64,000 nt of DNA from Leidyana gryllorum EB-2025a (taxonomy: Eukaryota; Protista; Apicomplexa): the NCBI GenBank assembly GCA_048772705.1, contig JBLWGC010000159.1:124001-188000 (forward strand). Direction: 5' to 3'. Below are positions 58,377 to 64,000 of the stretch, one piece after another. Positions within the stretch are counted from its first letter, which is position 1. Every line of letters begins with the position of its first letter. The notes beneath the pieces are model-generated. The model worked only from the letters and a program-made list of their open reading frames with translations, was not told the DNA's origin and searched no databases. The position numbers were made by a program, and so were the translations under genes.

Positions 58377-59541
58377 ATGACTGCCTCAGTAGACACCTCC
58401 CTCCAACCTATCACAAAGGCACTCAACCAATGGATTACTCTGTTGAAACAGCATTACGAGGACTATGCCTTGGCGTCCGCTCACGATAATCCCAAAAGGG
58501 TAAGGCAAGAGACATTCAACGACTGACTGATTGGTGGTTGCAGCGGGATGGCCTGGTTGAGGCGGAAGTTATACTATTCCTCGATACCTTCCGCAATCTC
58601 ATGGCGCTGATAAAGGAACGCTTACAGGGACGGTCCGGGCTGGATCACCCCCTCGTTCACAGGCTGATCGAGGACAAGTTTTTATTCGAGAAGTTAGCTG
58701 GTCTCGAAGCGAGACATCGTGGGACTCAAGAGAGATTACTGAACAAACTCAAGCAGCACGGTGAGTGAATTTGTCTCGGAGGCCGCGTTCCGAATTCCCC
58801 CTTCCTTGCTGCAGAGATTAGTGACACTATGGTGGAAGAGAAACGTCTCCGCGCACGGCCTGAAATGTTCGTTTTGAACGAGTCGAAAACCGACACGTCT
58901 GAAGGGCAGAGCACCGGCGAGGAAGACGGTGGGAACACAGGTATTTACAAAGCTCCCAAAACGTTCGCTGTGCCCTACGCACGAGATCGAAACACGGCGA
59001 CGGAGGAAATGGACGATGAAGCTCTGGAAAAGGAGCAGGAAAGGTTGCGGCGCTCAGAGTTCGTGAGAGCCATAACTGAGGATCTATTGCCGGTGAGTAG
59101 TCGGTAGTCTTTCTATCTATCAATAATATTTTGCACAAACAGACCCCCGTCGAGGTTGGGGATGGTGAAGAGGAATTGGATGCCTCTTCACGTAAAATGT
59201 TGAAGAAGTTTAAGGCTCGGGAGGAATATGAGGAAGAGAATATGACCCGTTTGAAACGACGCAAGTCTGATGAGAAGGCTTACATGGCTATCAAAGAGAA
59301 ACAGCGACAACTAACAGTTGGCGCTTCGCTCAGTGATCTAACAACATTCGTGGACCGTATTGGTCCGGATAGAGCTTCGACGTCCAATATTGCTGGGGAC
59401 CCTTCACGACGGAACAAGAAGCGGAAGAAGACAGTGCCTCCTCCTTCAAGCAACAATTCCAACAAGCCGGCCGCTACCGGCGGCCCCAGGAACAACAAGG
59501 CAACTGACAAGAAACGCAAGCGAACAAAAATTTTGGAGTGA
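58377..59541 (+). CDS. NGDN: Neuroguidin/Lcp5 (Sas10/Utp3/C1D family), multi-exon
   Basis: HPLVHRLIEDKFLFEKL, GIYKAPK...PY, REEYEEENMTRL, Lys-rich tail. Confidence 0.78.
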
Positions 59542-59545
59542 AACC

Positions 59546-60128
59546 ATGGGGAAGCGCTCGAAGAAACAGGTCTCGGACGAGATGACTGATGGGCCCTCCA
59601 TCACCCAGAAGGTTGTCAGTGTGAGCAAGGCCTCAAAAGTGATGAAATCCACAACGGTGGACGTTGATATGTCTGGCGCCAATACTAATACTAGCAACGT
59701 AAGTCCCCTTCCACCAACTCCACAGCAGCTAATTCGCGCCCCCCTAATCTCAGATGGATAAGCTGCGTGCAGCGATCGAGGATGGACGACAGTTGAGTAA
59801 GAAGGCGAAGAAAAAGCTCGCAGCCGCGCGCACCAAGGAGGCTGCACAGGCTGCTTTGGCTATTGAGGAAGCAGCGCTGCCTGAGGAGGAGAGAACCAAA
59901 CGCGAAGCTGACCGAGTCCGCATGGACGAGATTCGGGCTGGGAAGGCTCAGATCGCGAAGATCAAAACGCAGATCGCAAAGTTGGGAAAGAGGAATCTGC
60001 ACGAGAAAGAACGTCGCAAACAATTGGCCAAACAAATTAAGGCCATCCAGGCTCGTATTGCCGATTTGACTTCAAAACGTCCCACAGAGGACCTCACTGC
60101 CTCTGCAGGTGACATTGCGATGTGCTGA
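59546..60128 (+). CDS. Small basic coiled-coil hypothetical protein, 2 exons
   Basis: MGKRSKK start, GTAAG...TCAG intron, Lys/Ala-rich second exon. Confidence 0.55.
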
Positions 60129-60434
60129 GCATCGGCGATCGATCTCTGCCATTACAAAAGCAATATTCATTCTTGTCTCCTCCGTTTCTCGTCTTCCTCC
60201 TCCAAAGGGGAGGTAGCAGGCCTTTTTGGTTTAGTCGCGCTTATATACAGAACTAGCACCAAGATGAATGTCAGCAACATAAGTAACATTCACCTACCAT
60301 TATTTCCCCGAATACACGCATCGCCATAACGTCTTGTCATCTTCCCATTCACCCACTCCTCAGTCTCCTCCAGGGCAATGTTCATACGCGGGTCCAAACA
60401 TGCCAAAGTACCTGTCCAACGGCTGTCTCCGTCC

Positions 60435-60580
60435 GTACACACACCATCCGCACACCGAGACACACGAAATCACCACGACACACGGAGACACCGAGACACC
60501 CACTCACATGCCCACTCCCTCACTCACTCACTCTCCCATTCACACACACACACACGCACACACCCACCCTCACTCACCTC
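60435..60580. repeat. CA/CACT-rich low-complexity microsatellite tract
   Basis: (CA)n and (CACT)n runs upstream of the DHHC gene. Confidence 0.8.
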
Positions 60581-60762
60581 TATAGTCTTCGCCACTGTTT
60601 AGTCTGACGGTAACGGTTCTTCCGAGCACCTGCCTGAGAAAGTCGCTTGGGGTCCGTTTCTCGTCTGTCACTGTGGAGAGAGGCCTGGATAGTGTGGCTT
60701 GTATAGGTTGGTTACCTGGTTGAGGAGGTTTGACAGACATTTTTGGTGCAAAATTGTCAGAT

Positions 60763-63266
60763 ATGACCGAAGAAGTGGATAGTCTGGGGAACCAATTTCA
60801 GCAGCTATGCACCACGCGGAAGTTCAAAGAGGCCGAAAGGCTCTTGGTAGAAGCTTCTGACGAGGAGTTGGCCACTTTACAGGAATGGAGAGATTCTGAT
60901 GGCAACACTGCTTTGCACTGGGCTGCCTTGGCCAACTTGTATGAAGCGGTTATCCGTCTTATTGAGATCGCCAAAGTTCCTGTCGACGTTCAAGTCCCCA
61001 ACTGCCGCACTCCGTTACACTATGCCGCCACCGAGGGGCACCTCCTCATGATGAATATTTTGTACGACTTCGGGGCCGACGCAGATGCCCGCGATGACCT
61101 TAGTGAGTAGCAGCAGGAGTGAGAGCACTGAATGTTTGCGTCCACCAGATGACAATACTCTCGCCTTGGCTGTTCAGCAAGAGAAATTGATGCCGTTTCT
61201 GTGGGCGTTATCCAAAGGAGCCGACATGAACGCTGCGAATAAGGTTGGAACAACGGCCGCTCACTGGGCGGCCTACTTTGGAGGGTATCTATTTCTGAGT
61301 GCGCTTGAGGCATTTGGTGCAAACTACGAGACGTCTTGGGATCACTTGGGTCAAACACCCTTACATCGGTGAGTTTGAAGGAGCCGTCTCCTGGCGAGGC
61401 TTATAGTTTCAGATCGGCAGAGCCTTGAGTCTGGAGTTTTACGCCACTGTTAAGATGCTGATTGAACTGCGGCCATCACTGTTGCATGTCAAGACCAAAG
61501 AAGGGTTGGATCTGGAACAGTTTGCAGCCAAAGTCGAGCTGGGAAGTCGCTGGTTCTCAGAGTTCATGCACATCTGTCGGAACCCTGGAAGGGTTATTCT
61601 GCCTCGACCCGCAATGTTGGGAATGCAGGAGACCAATACGGCTCCTGGCCAATGTGACCCAGAGAAGTTGGGGGCAAACAGACCCCTTTTACACAAATTA
61701 TGTTACGTTCTTGCACAAGTGGTACATCTACGCTCGCTCCTATGGGACAAAATGGCTGACCAGTTGATCCACATGGAACGGTCCCGCATTGGCCGAATCG
61801 CAATCCCGGCAATAGCAATACTGTTCGCTGTTATATTCGTCGTCGTGTGGCAGTTGGAGCTTTCTGCCGTCTCGTTATGGATACGAATGGGGCTCACCCA
61901 CAATGGACTCTTGGGACAATGGCCCACGGTCGCGACTGCCGTCGATACATTGTTACAGCTGCCCCCCAGATTCGGGGTGGTGGGAATCGCTCTCTTCGTG
62001 GTGTTGTTGGTGAAGGATCCGGGTACCATTCCCAAAGCTAAGGATCGGCGGCCAATGTTTGAGGTGAGCCTATTGACTTTGGGGACGGCACATATAGGAA
62101 CGTGACATATTATTTTATCCCACATTACAGGAATTCCAGAAGAGAACAAATGACATAGACTTTGTCTGTAGATGGAGTGCTACTGAAGTGGATCCCAAAC
62201 GGCAACCCAAATTTGCCGCGTGGTTGCGCAAAAAGGGGGTGAATGTGGAAGCTTTGGATTCTTCTAGCGATAGGATGGCTTTCATGGGCCGCCACAAAAA
62301 TGCCTTGGCCCAAGTCGATCCCGCCAGGATATGCCCGACGTGTTGGATTTATAAGAACTTGCGGACAAAACATTGCAGGTGAGGATATATTTCTCACTTC
62401 TTCTTCTTCATCGGTCTCAAATGATAGCGTCTGCAATGAATGTTGCGAACTCATGGATCATCACTGCCTATGGTTGAACAAGTGTGTGGGCAAACGAAAC
62501 CATCGACTCTTCGTGACTTTTGTCGTGCTGAGTTTGATCGGACAAATCCATCAGGCGCTGATACTGGTGGTGGACATATTATTGTGGCTGGCGCACTTTA
62601 GCAGAATGGTCGACCACCCAGTCGTCCACTCGCCAGGGCCGGGCACCACCTGGACGCTGACGTTTGTGATTCCCGCAGCTGCCTTCATCCACTTTGTCAC
62701 CCACCGATGGGGCATGGCCTTAGTGTGGGCTCAAATGAAAGGCATAGTCGAAGGTGTTACCATTAATGAGTCGTTGTCAATGGCCAGATACTCGCACTTC
62801 CTCTGCAAAGTGCCCTACACACACACAGCCGAGAAGCTGGCGGCGATCGAGAGCGCCTTGGAGGAGGAAGATGAGAGCGATGAAGCTGTCCAGACCGAAC
62901 GCGACATCAGCAAGTCCGCACAGCAGCAAGAGTTCGTCGATGTCGAAGGCGCAGGCAAGGAACTTGTCGCAACAAACAAGGCCGACAACGGCGGCGAAGT
63001 CTGGGTGCGCCAGTTCATGCGCAACCCTTTCACCTTGAACAAAAGCGTGAGTGGTCACATACACAGTATCATACGTTATGTACATCACATTTTCTTTCAT
63101 ATAGGGATGGAGAAACTGTCTCGATTTTTGGCGCGGCACAGTTCCTGTGACGATGGATTGGGTGCAACTAGAGCGGTACGATGTACAGTTCCGAGAGAAC
63201 ATGGTGCGGAAGTTGCATGAAAGGGAGCGACGGCTTCTTGGGGAAGCCAAGGAGAAGAAGGAATAG
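60763..63266 (+). CDS. Ankyrin-repeat DHHC palmitoyltransferase (Akr1/ZDHHC17-like), multi-exon
   Basis: GNTALHWAA, RTPLHYAA, GTTAAHWAA, GQTPLHR ankyrin repeats; CPTC...RTKHC|SVCNECCELMDHHCLWLNKCVGKRNHRLF. Confidence 0.93.
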
Positions 63267-63378
63267 ATCACAGACTGATTGATTGATCGATCGATGGATC
63301 GAGAGAGAGAGATTGGAATTGAGAGATTGAGAGAGAGAGAGATACACTCAGACAGAGAGACAAGCAACTGGAAAAATG

Positions 63379-64000
63379 CTAGGTTTTGCGGGGGGGAAGC
63401 TCCAGCAAACTAGCGTCTCGCTCCATCTGCCCACGCAACGAAACCACTTGATGCCTCAGCTTATCAATTTCCACGCGCAACCGACGCTCGCGCTTCGCCC
63501 TCTCCTCAGCATCACCTAATGTAGCGCAGAAAGCGTTAAATCTCGTTCTGGCACCCAGAATCACGTGAGGATCGAAGCCTCCTACGCTATTCCGCTCCAC
63601 CGGTGAGCTGTTGACAGAGGGGGTCGAGCCAAAATTCGGCGTTTGACGACGAGCGTCATACAAAGGACTGCCATGTCCTTGCAAAGACTCTTGCGATAGA
63701 TCGTCTGAATCAACAATCCGAGGCAATGTTGGCTTCTCTGGCGAACCGCTACTACTCGTACCCGAGCCCGTACCTGACCCGGACCCGGACTGCGCTCCCG
63801 AAGAAGAGGATCGCTGTGTGCCGGCCGCCTCATCTGAATCACTTCCGTTCGAGCTCGACGACGACCACGGATTGTAGCGAGCTTTGATGCGCGAGTATAC
63901 CTCAGCGATGGCTTGGGACGGCCGCACCTCTACTTGGATGGTGGCTTTGCGATGGGGCGAGACACTAATCGAGTGCGTGGTGGAAAGGTCCGTGCTGCTC
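63379..64000 (-). CDS. 3' part of a hypothetical protein, probably truncated by the window edge
   Basis: Ser/Gly-rich ORF with a C-terminal coiled coil, stop at 63379. Confidence 0.45.
   Translation of the reverse strand, partial: SSTDLSTTHSISVSPHRKATIQVEVRPSQAIAEVYSRIKARYNPWSSSSSNGSDSDEAAGTQRSSSSGAQSGSGSGTGSGTSSSGSPEKPTLPRIVDSDDLSQESLQGHGSPLYDARRQTPNFGSTPSVNSSPVERNSVGGFDPHVILGARTRFNAFCATLGDAEERAKRERRLRVEIDKLRHQVVSLRGQMERDASLLELPPRKT

Overview
Extremely compact, intron-containing eukaryotic DNA with short GT-AG introns of about 37-95 nt and intergenic gaps often under 30 bp. The gene content suggests an alveolate, possibly a gregarine-like apicomplexan, but this is inference. Most of the window is housekeeping genes: MKT1-like, CCT8, a TBC Rab-GAP, PMP3, an ANTH+TKL kinase, RPF2, glucosidase II beta, ValRS, a GCH1-like gene, MED31, an FHIT-like gene, TRAPPC13, SAM50, PS synthase, three tandem class-3 lipases, TFIIF-beta, PP4R2, PKA-R, NGDN and an ankyrin-DHHC gene. 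The standout is an apparently intact ~7 kb two-ORF non-LTR retrotransposon (~7527-14563) encoding an APE endonuclease, an RT and a long C-terminal tail with seven zinc-finger-like motifs. Its 3' end abuts the 3' end of a complete U6 snRNA gene (14587-14697, minus strand). A degenerate copy of the U6 3' half plus downstream flank sits at its 5' end. This suggests a U6-targeting retroelement that leaves the U6 gene intact. Exon boundaries were read by eye and no database searches were run.
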